From: Candidatus Electronema aureum
GTDB lineage: Bacteria; Desulfobacterota; Desulfobulbia; Desulfobulbales; Desulfobulbaceae
Assembly (NCBI GenBank): GCA_004284765.1
Contig: NQJD01000012.1
Span: 27,307 to 59,306, forward strand
Length of the DNA: 32,000 bases
Reading direction: 5' to 3'
This document shows positions 1 through 7,501 of this stretch, piece by piece. How positions within the stretch are numbered: the stretch's first letter is position 1; each line of letters opens with the position of its first letter. The notes beneath the pieces were generated by a model. That model searched no databases. It saw nothing but the letters and a program-made list of their open reading frames with translations, and was not told the DNA's origin. The position numbers were made by a program, and so were the translations under genes.

Positions 1-1
1 A

Positions 2-3000
2 GCGCGGGCAGAAGAGCAAATGGTACGCAAAGAGCTTGAAGGATCCCAAGCAGCAGTGAAAAAAGAACGGGCGCTTCAGTTTCAGCTCAAAACTGAATTA
101 GCCCGGCAGCAGGAGGCAGCACAAGCTGCTGTCGTTCAGCATGAGATGCAAATCAAGGCATTACAGGAGGAGCTGAACAATGCGAATAGCAAGATTGAAG
201 CTCTCAGCAAAGATGAAAATGCCGCCAGTCGCCAGCTGTTAGAAAAACTGAAGCAGCGCGAGGAAGAGCTTGCTCGCTCGCAGGTTACTGCTTTAGAGCT
301 GGAGCAGACCAAACAGTCTTTGGCCGCCGAGCTGGAAAAAGTGCAGGCGGAATATCAGCAGGAGAATACCGCTGCTGCCCAGAATCAAGCGGCTGCGGCT
401 GAAAAGCTGCAAACGCTGGAGCAAGAATTGGTTCAGCGACAGGAACATGCCGCAGAGTTGGAAAAAGTGCGAGCAGAATATCAGCAAAGCCGGACGGAAG
501 CGGATAGCCGCATAGCTGAACTGACTCGTCAAGTAGAGCAAGCTGAAACTGAGCTGGACGCGGCGCAAAAGCAAGTTGCCATTTTGGAGGAGGCCCAGCG
601 TAAGACTGACCTGAAAGCTGAAGCCTTGATGCAATACGGCAAAGAGCAGGAAGAGAAGTTGGCTCCAACCGAGCAGCAAGTAGCTGAACTCCAGAGCCAG
701 AATGTGGCACAGCAGGAGCAGGTAGCAACAGCTCAAAAGCAACTGCAACAGCAACAGACGCAGTACGTTGCTACACGCCAAGAGCTGGAAAAGGTTATCG
801 CTGAACGCACTCAGCTGACGGGCGAGATCAAAAAAATAACCGAGCAACTGGCAACAGCTCAAAAGCAATTACAACAGCAACAGACGCAGTACGTTGCTAC
901 ACGCCAGGAGCTGGAAAAAATTACCGCTGAACGCACTCAGCTGACGGGTGAGATCAAAAAAATAACCGAGCAACTGGCAGCGAAGGAAGGCGAGGCGGCC
1001 CAGCAGGGCGGTAAGGCGCAGGCTGCGGCGGCTAAAATCGTTGAACTCCAGCTGGCCTTGCAAAAAGCTGAGGTAGCTAAAGCCGCTGCTGAAAAAATTT
1101 CGGCAGAGATTGGACAGCAAGAGGAAGCCCGGCAGACCGCTCTGAGCGAGCAACAGGCCAAGTTAGATAATCAGAAAACGCTGCTGATAGAAAACGCTGC
1201 TCGTATTTCTGAATTAGAAAAATCCTTAAAGGAAGCACAGCTTAAAGCTGAGGCCATGCTTCAGTACGGCAAGCAAAAGGCGCAGGAGTCCGCGCCCTCG
1301 GAGCAGCAAATTGCCGAGCTGCAAAGCCAGTTAGCTGAAAAGCAACAGCAGGTAGACGCAGCCCAGCAGCAGCTGAAAGATGCAGAGACCAACGGGCAGG
1401 AATTAGTAACTCAAGTTGCCGGGCTGACTGAAGCAAAAACCGTGCAGGAAAAGGAAGCCCAGCAGCAGGCGCAGGAGCTTGAGCAGAAGACCGCTGCGGT
1501 CGCCGAGCTGGAAAAGCAGCTGGCTGAAACACAGGTAGCCTTAAAAACTGCCGAAGAAGCTGTGGCTGCGGCAGCAGCAAAAGAGCAAGGTCTCCAGCAG
1601 GGTTTGACTGGCAAAGGTGAGGAGCTGACGGTTCTCAAGACGGAAAGCGAGAAACTTCAAGCCGAGTTAGCTGAGAAGAATAAGCAAGCGGAAGAATTGA
1701 GCAATCAGCTCACTGCACTCACCGCTGAAAAAGAAAAATTGACTGGTGAACTGACTGCGCTCACAGAAAAACAGACCACCACTGCCCAGCAGTTGGAAGA
1801 AAAAACCACTGCGCTGGCAGCAGCAGTGACCGCTGCTGAAGAGTCGAGCAGCAAAATTACTGCTTTAGAGACTAAGGCTGCCGAGGCAGACAAGGAGCTG
1901 ACCGCCCTTCGCGAAAAAACTGCGGCTCAAGAGGCACAGTTAGCCGAACTCCAATCGATTCAGCAAAAGGTGCAGGCTGCTCAGGAGCAAGTTACTACCT
2001 TGGAAGCAGAGGTTGCCAATAAACAAGCATTGCAGGACAGCTTGGCTGCCGCACAGGGAAAGGTTGCCGCTTTGGAAGGTGAGCTAACGCAGGCCCAAGC
2101 GCAGGTTACGGAGTTAGCTACGTTAAAAGAGAAGGCCGCAGGACTGGAGGCGCAGCTTGCAGATTTGAAGACTGCTCAGGAAAAAGCGGTTGCATTAGAG
2201 GCTGAACTTTCTGCTGTGCAAGGCAAGCTGACAGAAGCACAGGCTGCCCAGCAGACGCAGGCTGATGCGGTGGCTAAGATTCCTGCTTTAGAGGAAGAAA
2301 TCACCGGGCTGAAGAAGAGTCTTGGGGAAAAGGAGGCTGCACTCGCTCAGACTCAGACACAAGCGGCTGAATTGACTGCACTGAAAGAGAAGTTAGTGGC
2401 TCAGGAAGTTCAAGTAGCTGCGGTTTCCCAAGCGACTGAGCAAACGCAGCAGGTGCAGACAGAACTCACAGCCAAGGTCGCTGAAATTGCTGCGCTCAAG
2501 AAGAGCTTGGAGGAAAAGGAGACCGCGCTATCGCAATCTCAGGCCCAAGCCGAAAAAACAGCGGTGCTGGAAACTGAATTGACTGCGGCGCAGGCTAAAT
2601 TAGCGGAAGCAACTGCGGCAGTTCAAACTGTTGAGCAAACCCAGCAGGTTCAGACAGCAACAGCGGCTAAGGTTTCCGGCTTGGAAGAGGAAATAACTGG
2701 GCTAAAGAAGAATTTGGAAGAGAAGGAAACCGCGCTCGCCCAAGCTCAAGCTCAGGCTGCTGAATTAATTGCTCTGAAGGAAAAATCTACAGCTTTGGAA
2801 GCTCAAGTTGCAGAACTGAAAACTAATGCCGAGCAGCTCAAAACCGTTCAGGAAAAAACTGCCGCTTTAGAGGCTGAATTGGTTGTCGCTCAAGAAAAGC
2901 TGACTGAAACAGCGGGTTCTCAAAATGCCCAGCAGACACAGGAAGATGCGGCCAAGCTGACTGCGGAACTGGAGGAGAGTCGGACGAAAATTGCTGAATT

Positions 3001-3559
3001 GGAGCAGAGCATCGCTGCACTTCAAGCAGAGTTAGACGCACTCAAAAACAAAACGGAGCAGCAAATTTCTCCTCCTGCGGAAACTCAGCAACAAAATTCT
3101 GTTCAGCAATCTGCGCCGCCTGCGGACAAGGACGGTGATGGTGTTGTTGATGCTCAGGATCTCTGCCCAGACAGCGCGACTGGAACCGAAGTTAACACAA
3201 CAGGTTGCGCGGATAGGAGTGCCATTGTCCTTTCTGGTGTGAATTTTACCAAAGGTACTGCGGAGTTGACCGAAGAGGCAAAAAAAAGTCTGACCGCCAC
3301 GGCTGCTTTGCTCAAGCAATCTGCGTCTGATCAAAAATTTGAGATCGCAGGTTACACGGACATTACTGGCTCTTCGGCTAAGAATAAAGTTGTTTCGCAG
3401 CAGCGGGCAGATGCAGTACGAAATTTTTTGGTCAGCCAAGGTATCAAGCAAGAGCAAATGATCAGCAAAGGATATGGGAATGCCAATCCTATTGCTGACA
3501 ACAGCACCAAAGAAGGACAGGCCAAGAACCGACGAGTGGAGCTGCACTTGCAGGAGTAA
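2..3559 (+). CDS. Giant coiled-coil protein with C-terminal OmpA-like peptidoglycan-binding domain (5' partial, runs off window start)
   Basis: The frame is open from nt 2, with no stop before the first ATG at 20, so the N-terminus is probably upstream of the window. About 1040 aa are A/E/Q/L/K/T-rich coiled-coil-type sequence. This is followed by a P/Q-rich linker and a thrombospondin-type-3-like motif, DKDGDGVVDAQDLCPDS. The C-terminus is an OmpA_C-like module (VNFTKGTAELT..FEIAGYTDITGS..QQRADAVRNFLVSQGI..GYGNANPIADNST..NRRVEL). Confidence 0.85.
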   Translation, partial: ARAEEQMVRKELEGSQAAVKKERALQFQLKTELARQQEAAQAAVVQHEMQIKALQEELNNANSKIEALSKDENAASRQLLEKLKQREEELARSQVTALELEQTKQSLAAELEKVQAEYQQENTAAAQNQAAAAEKLQTLEQELVQRQEHAAELEKVRAEYQQSRTEADSRIAELTRQVEQAETELDAAQKQVAILEEAQRKTDLKAEALMQYGKEQEEKLAPTEQQVAELQSQNVAQQEQVATAQKQLQQQQTQYVATRQELEKVIAERTQLTGEIKKITEQLATAQKQLQQQQTQYVATRQELEKITAERTQLTGEIKKITEQLAAKEGEAAQQGGKAQAAAAKIVELQLALQKAEVAKAAAEKISAEIGQQEEARQTALSEQQAKLDNQKTLLIENAARISELEKSLKEAQLKAEAMLQYGKQKAQESAPSEQQIAELQSQLAEKQQQVDAAQQQLKDAETNGQELVTQVAGLTEAKTVQEKEAQQQAQELEQKTAAVAELEKQLAETQVALKTAEEAVAAAAAKEQGLQQGLTGKGEELTVLKTESEKLQAELAEKNKQAEELSNQLTALTAEKEKLTGELTALTEKQTTTAQQLEEKTTALAAAVTAAEESSSKITALETKAAEADKELTALREKTAAQEAQLAELQSIQQKVQAAQEQVTTLEAEVANKQALQDSLAAAQGKVAALEGELTQAQAQVTELATLKEKAAGLEAQLADLKTAQEKAVALEAELSAVQGKLTEAQAAQQTQADAVAKIPALEEEITGLKKSLGEKEAALAQTQTQAAELTALKEKLVAQEVQVAAVSQATEQTQQVQTELTAKVAEIAALKKSLEEKETALSQSQAQAEKTAVLETELTAAQAKLAEATAAVQTVEQTQQVQTATAAKVSGLEEEITGLKKNLEEKETALAQAQAQAAELIALKEKSTALEAQVAELKTNAEQLKTVQEKTAALEAELVVAQEKLTETAGSQNAQQTQEDAAKLTAELEESRTKIAELEQSIAALQAELDALKNKTEQQISPPAETQQQNSVQQSAPPADKDGDGVVDAQDLCPDSATGTEVNTTGCADRSAIVLSGVNFTKGTAELTEEAKKSLTATAALLKQSASDQKFEIAGYTDITGSSAKNKVVSQQRADAVRNFLVSQGIKQEQMISKGYGNANPIADNSTKEGQAKNRRVELHLQE
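725..976 (+). repeat. In-frame tandem duplication, 2 x 126 bp (42 aa), inside the coiled-coil gene
   Basis: Unit 1 is 725-850 and unit 2 is 851-976. They differ at about 7 of 126 positions by my count. Both encode ATAQKQLQQQQTQYVATRQELEK(V/I)(I/T)AERTQLTGEIKKITEQL. Confidence 0.95.
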
Positions 3560-3583
3560 GCAAGAAGCATATTCTAAAAAAAA

Positions 3584-3610
3584 GAAGGCGGTACTGCCGT
3601 CTTCTTTTTA
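3584..3610 (+). terminator. Rho-independent terminator-like hairpin after the OmpA-like gene
   Basis: The stem GAAGGCGG / CCGTCTTC has one G-T wobble and a short loop. It is preceded by an A-run (aaaaaaaa) and followed by cttttt. It lies about 25 nt after the stop at 3559. Confidence 0.7.
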
Positions 3611-3689
3611 CTTCCGCTCATGGGTTGTAGTATGATGATCATGTCAACGTTGTTCTGCTGTCAAACTTTTATCTGAATGGAGAAAGAGG

Positions 3690-4400
3690 ATGAACTTTCA
3701 TGAACACGCCTACGAAAAGCTGATTGACCTGTACCATAATCATGGGCATGAAGTGGGAAGCGAGCTGCAAAAAAGTGATCCGCTTACTTACGGATCATAC
3801 AAATCCACAAACTGCATCACCTATGTCTTGAATGTCCTCAGTCATGCTTTTGAAAGCATCGGAGATGCTAAAGCATCCCAGCATGTATGGACGCTTGCGA
3901 AGCATGGCACAGAACTGGCTCAGTATCTTGTCACGAAACATGGCTGGAAAGGTATTTATATCAATCCTGATGTAAATCATCCACGTGATGCTCCTGATCC
4001 GCGCTGTAGCGAACACCCCTATTCGCATTATTTAGCCAACAAGACCTGCAAGTATTATAAGATTCCATTACACTACAAGGTGATCAATTATACGCCAACC
4101 CCAAAGGACGATCCTGCCTTTCAGCAGCTCAACGAACATCTCAGTGAAACAGCACTCAATAATATTGACATTGCTGGGTTAGAAAAAGTCAAATTTGGTT
4201 TTGGTGTTTCCCGTGGAGGAATGCATACTTGGGTTTATGCCGAAGGCTATGTTTATGAAGTACATTGGAATGCAATAGGTGCTGATCTGTATGAAGCCAC
4301 GCCGTTGCGTTTGTTTCCTTGGTTGAGCGGCGCAATCGTGATTCCGCCGGATTTGGCCGGAGTGATCCCTGCTTCTGCCAAACTGAGCTGCGCCAGTTAA
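3690..4400 (+). CDS. Hypothetical protein, possible papain-like Cys/His hydrolase (no signal peptide)
   Basis: The RBS ggagaaagagg precedes the ATG. The candidate nucleophile context is YKSTNCITYVLNVL, a Cys at the start of a predicted helix. The candidate His strand is VSRGGMHTWVYAEGYVYEVHW. The fold and activity assignment is inferred from motif spacing only. Confidence 0.35.
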   Translation: MNFHEHAYEKLIDLYHNHGHEVGSELQKSDPLTYGSYKSTNCITYVLNVLSHAFESIGDAKASQHVWTLAKHGTELAQYLVTKHGWKGIYINPDVNHPRDAPDPRCSEHPYSHYLANKTCKYYKIPLHYKVINYTPTPKDDPAFQQLNEHLSETALNNIDIAGLEKVKFGFGVSRGGMHTWVYAEGYVYEVHWNAIGADLYEATPLRLFPWLSGAIVIPPDLAGVIPASAKLSCAS

Positions 4401-4401
4401 G

Positions 4402-4800
4402 ATGCTTCGGAATTTCTTATTTTTTTTGACTTTTTTCCTGCTTTGCTCGTGCGCTGTTGGCTCTGAATCAGCGACCGCCCTGTTTACCTACGAGGATTTT
4501 GGCCCGCCGTCTATGTCTAATGAGATAATAGGCATGGACTGGTGGCAGTGGCAGGAACATGGCGATTCGCACCAGAAAACATATGATATCAAGGTGGTGG
4601 TGTATCGAAACATCAGCCTTGATGAAGTGAAGAAAAAGTATCCGGTTGTGCCGGAGCAACTCAAGGACTACCGGTACGCGGAATACTCAAAGGCTGTTAG
4701 CTATTTAGACCGCTTGATTGAGGAAAACGTTATCGAATCCCTGACCGTAACACTGAAAGGAACGCGGGAGAAAATCGTTCAACAGTTAGGTCCGCAGTGA
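4402..4800 (+). CDS. Small exported protein or possible lipoprotein, unknown function
   Basis: The ATG lies 1 nt after the upstream stop. The N-terminal signal peptide is MLRNFLFFLTFFLLCSCAVGSE, which is hydrophobic with a non-canonical lipobox-like LCSC. The stop overlaps the GTG start of the next gene in a GTGA overlap. Confidence 0.6.
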   Translation: MLRNFLFFLTFFLLCSCAVGSESATALFTYEDFGPPSMSNEIIGMDWWQWQEHGDSHQKTYDIKVVVYRNISLDEVKKKYPVVPEQLKDYRYAEYSKAVSYLDRLIEENVIESLTVTLKGTREKIVQQLGPQ

Positions 4801-6128
4801 ACAGCAAGCCCACGCCGACACAGCATTTGGTCAGGATTGAAAAAATCATCGCAGGTGGCCAAGGGTTAGCCCGCATAGTAGCCGGGCAGGTGATCTTGTC
4901 CGGCTTTGTCCTACCGGGCGAGCACGTGGAGCTACGTGAAGTCAAAAGAAAATCTGGTTTTATCGAGGCGGAGCTGCTCCAGATTGTTGAGCCTTCACCG
5001 GAGCGGGTTTCGCCGCGTTGCCCGCTTTACGGCGACTGCGGCGGCTGCGATTTGCAGCACGGCAGCTATGCCGAACAGCTGCGGATCAAGCAAGCTATTG
5101 TTGCTGAGGCGATGCAGCGGGCGCATGTGCCGCTGCCTGCGGTGGCCGTGGATGATGCAGTTCCTTCGCCGCTGCAATGGGCTTACCGCTATCGCCTGCG
5201 GCTGAAGATCGGCCCAGACGGGCAGCTCGGTTTTTTCAGAAAAAAAAGCAACGATTTTGTTACAGTAAATAGCTGTCCGGCAGCGGCAGATGGCATCAAT
5301 GCTACCTTGGTTGAACTGTCAGCCAGCGGTGCGTTGCGCGGGTTGCTTCACGAGGTGGAGCTGCTTCAATCCCCTGCGGACGGGCAAATTACTTTGCTTC
5401 TGCCGCTCAAGGAGAAGCAGAGGCTTTCTACAGCGACAGTGCAGACTATAGCCGCTTGCGTCAATGTTAGCCATATTAGTTGCATGTCGGAGCAGAGCTT
5501 TTGGTACGTTTATTCACGTAGCGGTACTGCTGAACCACTAACGCAGCAGATTTCATTGTTTAACCAAAACTGTACGCTGTCTTGGTCAGGAGGCTGTTTC
5601 TCTCAGGTCAATCCAAGCCAAAATGTGCGGCTAATTGAGCTGGCTCTTGAGCTGGCTCAAGATGTGCAGGGTAAAAACGTGCTGGATTTATACTGCGGCA
5701 TGGGCAATTTTTCCGTGCCGTTGGCCTTGGCGGGTGGCGAGGTCTTTGGTGTTGAGGGCAACCGAGAAAGCATTAAATGGGCAAAGCGCAACGCTGAAGC
5801 CGCCAGATGTGCAGCCCGTTTTGCAGCGGCTGATGTGCATGACCGTCTACAGCAGATGATCAAGGAACGACAGCGGGCGGACATCATTCTGCTTGACCCG
5901 CCGCGAGCAGGAATCGGCAGAACAGCCGCGCTGCTCCCAAAACTGCAAGCGGACAAGATTATTTATATCTCTTGCGATCCTGCCACGCTGGCCCGCGATC
6001 TTCGCACTCTTTGCGGCAGCGATTACGCAGTGGCCAGACTGATTCCTGTGGATATGTTTCCGCAGACCCATCATATAGAAACCGCCATCCTGCTGGAAAA
6101 ACAACGTAAAATATTTATCAATGATTGA
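4797..6128 (+). CDS. rlmD: 23S rRNA (uracil-C5)-methyltransferase, RlmD/RumA (TrmA) family
   Basis: An N-terminal TRAM-like region (VRIEKIIAGGQGLARI) is present. The Fe-S ligand pattern is CPLYGDCGGCDLQH (C-x5-C-x2-C) plus a later Cys (VNSCPAA). The SAM-binding motif is VLDLYCGMGNFSVPLA, followed by DPPRAG. The catalytic Cys motif is YISCDPATLARD. Confidence 0.88.
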   Translation: MNSKPTPTQHLVRIEKIIAGGQGLARIVAGQVILSGFVLPGEHVELREVKRKSGFIEAELLQIVEPSPERVSPRCPLYGDCGGCDLQHGSYAEQLRIKQAIVAEAMQRAHVPLPAVAVDDAVPSPLQWAYRYRLRLKIGPDGQLGFFRKKSNDFVTVNSCPAAADGINATLVELSASGALRGLLHEVELLQSPADGQITLLLPLKEKQRLSTATVQTIAACVNVSHISCMSEQSFWYVYSRSGTAEPLTQQISLFNQNCTLSWSGGCFSQVNPSQNVRLIELALELAQDVQGKNVLDLYCGMGNFSVPLALAGGEVFGVEGNRESIKWAKRNAEAARCAARFAAADVHDRLQQMIKERQRADIILLDPPRAGIGRTAALLPKLQADKIIYISCDPATLARDLRTLCGSDYAVARLIPVDMFPQTHHIETAILLEKQRKIFIND

Positions 6129-6177
6129 GAAATATACAAAAGCACAATTCTGGAAGTGTGCTCTCCAAGTTAATCCA

Positions 6178-6340
6178 ATAGATATCATTGCACAGGAAAA
6201 AAGTCATATCGAAAGGATTAATTTAACATTCAGGCAAAGAGTGTCGGCATTGGCCAAGAATACATTGTCTTTTTCGAGAATCATTGAAAATTTAGCTGCA
6301 TTTGTTTAACCACTACAATGATTGTTTTTACTTCATTGAT
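6178..6340 (+). mobile_element. Relic of an IS1-family transposase C-terminus, possibly with an adjacent degenerate terminal sequence
   Basis: The 62-aa ORF at 6121-6309 ends with IIAQEKSHIERINLTFRQRVSALAKNTLSFSR. This resembles the IS1 InsB C-terminus (..[28 protein letters not shown]..). The sequence after the stop, ccactacaatgattg, resembles the IS1 right end cactatcaataagttg as I recall it. No intact transposase is present. Confidence 0.45.
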
Positions 6341-6458
6341 CACTTACAGCTCACCGTTAACCGGTTCTGACAGCGAATAAGAGATTGCTTGTTTAATTGT
6401 GTTCGTGTTACTCAGCAGAGTTTACATTTTATCATAGGCACCAAGAAGGAGGGCTATT

Positions 6459-7373
6459 ATGAATTGGCAAGGAAGACGAAAAAGCGACAATCTTGAAGAC
6501 CGCCGCAGCATGGGTGTTTCTGGTTCCGGCGATTCTGGTAATGGTGGCGACATACTCCGCTTTTTACCCATGGCAATGAAGTTTCTTGGCTTCAAAGGCA
6601 CAGCAATCGTCGTTATCTGCTTAGGTGCTTACGGTTTATTTTCAGGAAATCTCGGCAGCATGTTGGCATTATTAGGACTACAGCAAGGAACACAAGCTAC
6701 TATCTCCACACAACCGCTGCAAGAAACTGCGGAAGAAAAGGAAATGGTGGATTTTGTTTCTGTCGTTTTGGCGGACACCGAGGAAACATGGCGAGAGATA
6801 TTCCAGCAGAAGAGCAAGACCTATAAGGAGCCGCGCCTTGTTCTCTTCCGCAATGCAGTCAACTCAGCCTGCGGCATGGCGGAATCTGCTATCGGCCCTT
6901 TTTATTGTTCCGGCGACCAGCAGGTTTATATCGACCTGAGTTTCTTTGATGAGCTAAAGCATCGGTTCAAAGCACCGGGAGATTTCGCGCAAGCGTATGT
7001 TATTGCCCACGAAGTCGGTCATCATGTCCAGACCTTGCTTGGCATCTCCAGTAAGGTTCATGCAGCACGCAAACAGATGAATAAAACCGAAGCAAACAAA
7101 ATATTGGTTCAACAGGAGTTGCAAGCCGATTGTTTTGCTGGTGTTTGGGCGTATCATGCCAACCAAAGCCGACAGATGCTTGAAGCAGGCGATGTGGAAG
7201 AGGGATTAGCAGCAGCCAGCGCGGTCGGCGATGACACTTTACAAAAGCAGGCGCAAGGATATGTCACGCCGGATTCATTTACTCACGGTAGTGCGGCACA
7301 GCGGATGCAATGGTTCAAGACCGGTTTGCAGAGCGGTGACATGGACAAATGCAACACCTTCAGCAAAGGATAA
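6459..7373 (+). CDS. ypfJ: YpfJ-family neutral zinc metallopeptidase
   Basis: The RBS is aaggaggg. The N-terminus MNWQGRRKSDNLEDRR is characteristic of YpfJ. One TM segment follows. The HExxH zinc motif is present in VIAHEVGHHVQ. Confidence 0.85.
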   Translation: MNWQGRRKSDNLEDRRSMGVSGSGDSGNGGDILRFLPMAMKFLGFKGTAIVVICLGAYGLFSGNLGSMLALLGLQQGTQATISTQPLQETAEEKEMVDFVSVVLADTEETWREIFQQKSKTYKEPRLVLFRNAVNSACGMAESAIGPFYCSGDQQVYIDLSFFDELKHRFKAPGDFAQAYVIAHEVGHHVQTLLGISSKVHAARKQMNKTEANKILVQQELQADCFAGVWAYHANQSRQMLEAGDVEEGLAAASAVGDDTLQKQAQGYVTPDSFTHGSAAQRMQWFKTGLQSGDMDKCNTFSKG

Positions 7374-7501
7374 AGCTATGAATTACGCAATTTGATTTAA
7401 TCCCAGAGTATCCTCTTTGCGAGAGATGACAACTGGCTTGTTGCGAAATTGAACTGCGTAACTCCTATCGTATAACAACTCAAAAGAAGAAAAGGGGAAA
7501 T

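Noticed and set aside
285-1893. A series of minus-strand ORFs (62-191 aa) inside the coiled-coil gene.
   Set aside because: They are antisense shadows of a GCN/CAG/GAA-rich repetitive gene. Their products are low-complexity L/S/C/A strings, they have no RBSs, and they are fully contained in a far longer, coherent + strand ORF.
3032-3570. Minus-strand ORFs of 171 aa and 72 aa over the OmpA-like domain.
   Set aside because: The + strand frame encodes a recognisable OmpA_C domain. The antisense products have no recognisable features.
6121-6207. The N-terminal stub MIEKYTKAQFWKCALQVNP as the start of an identifiable gene. It vaguely recalls N-termini of some ATPase/PHP-type proteins.
   Set aside because: It is too short, and my recollection is too vague to name a family. 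I report it only as part of the IS-relic observation.
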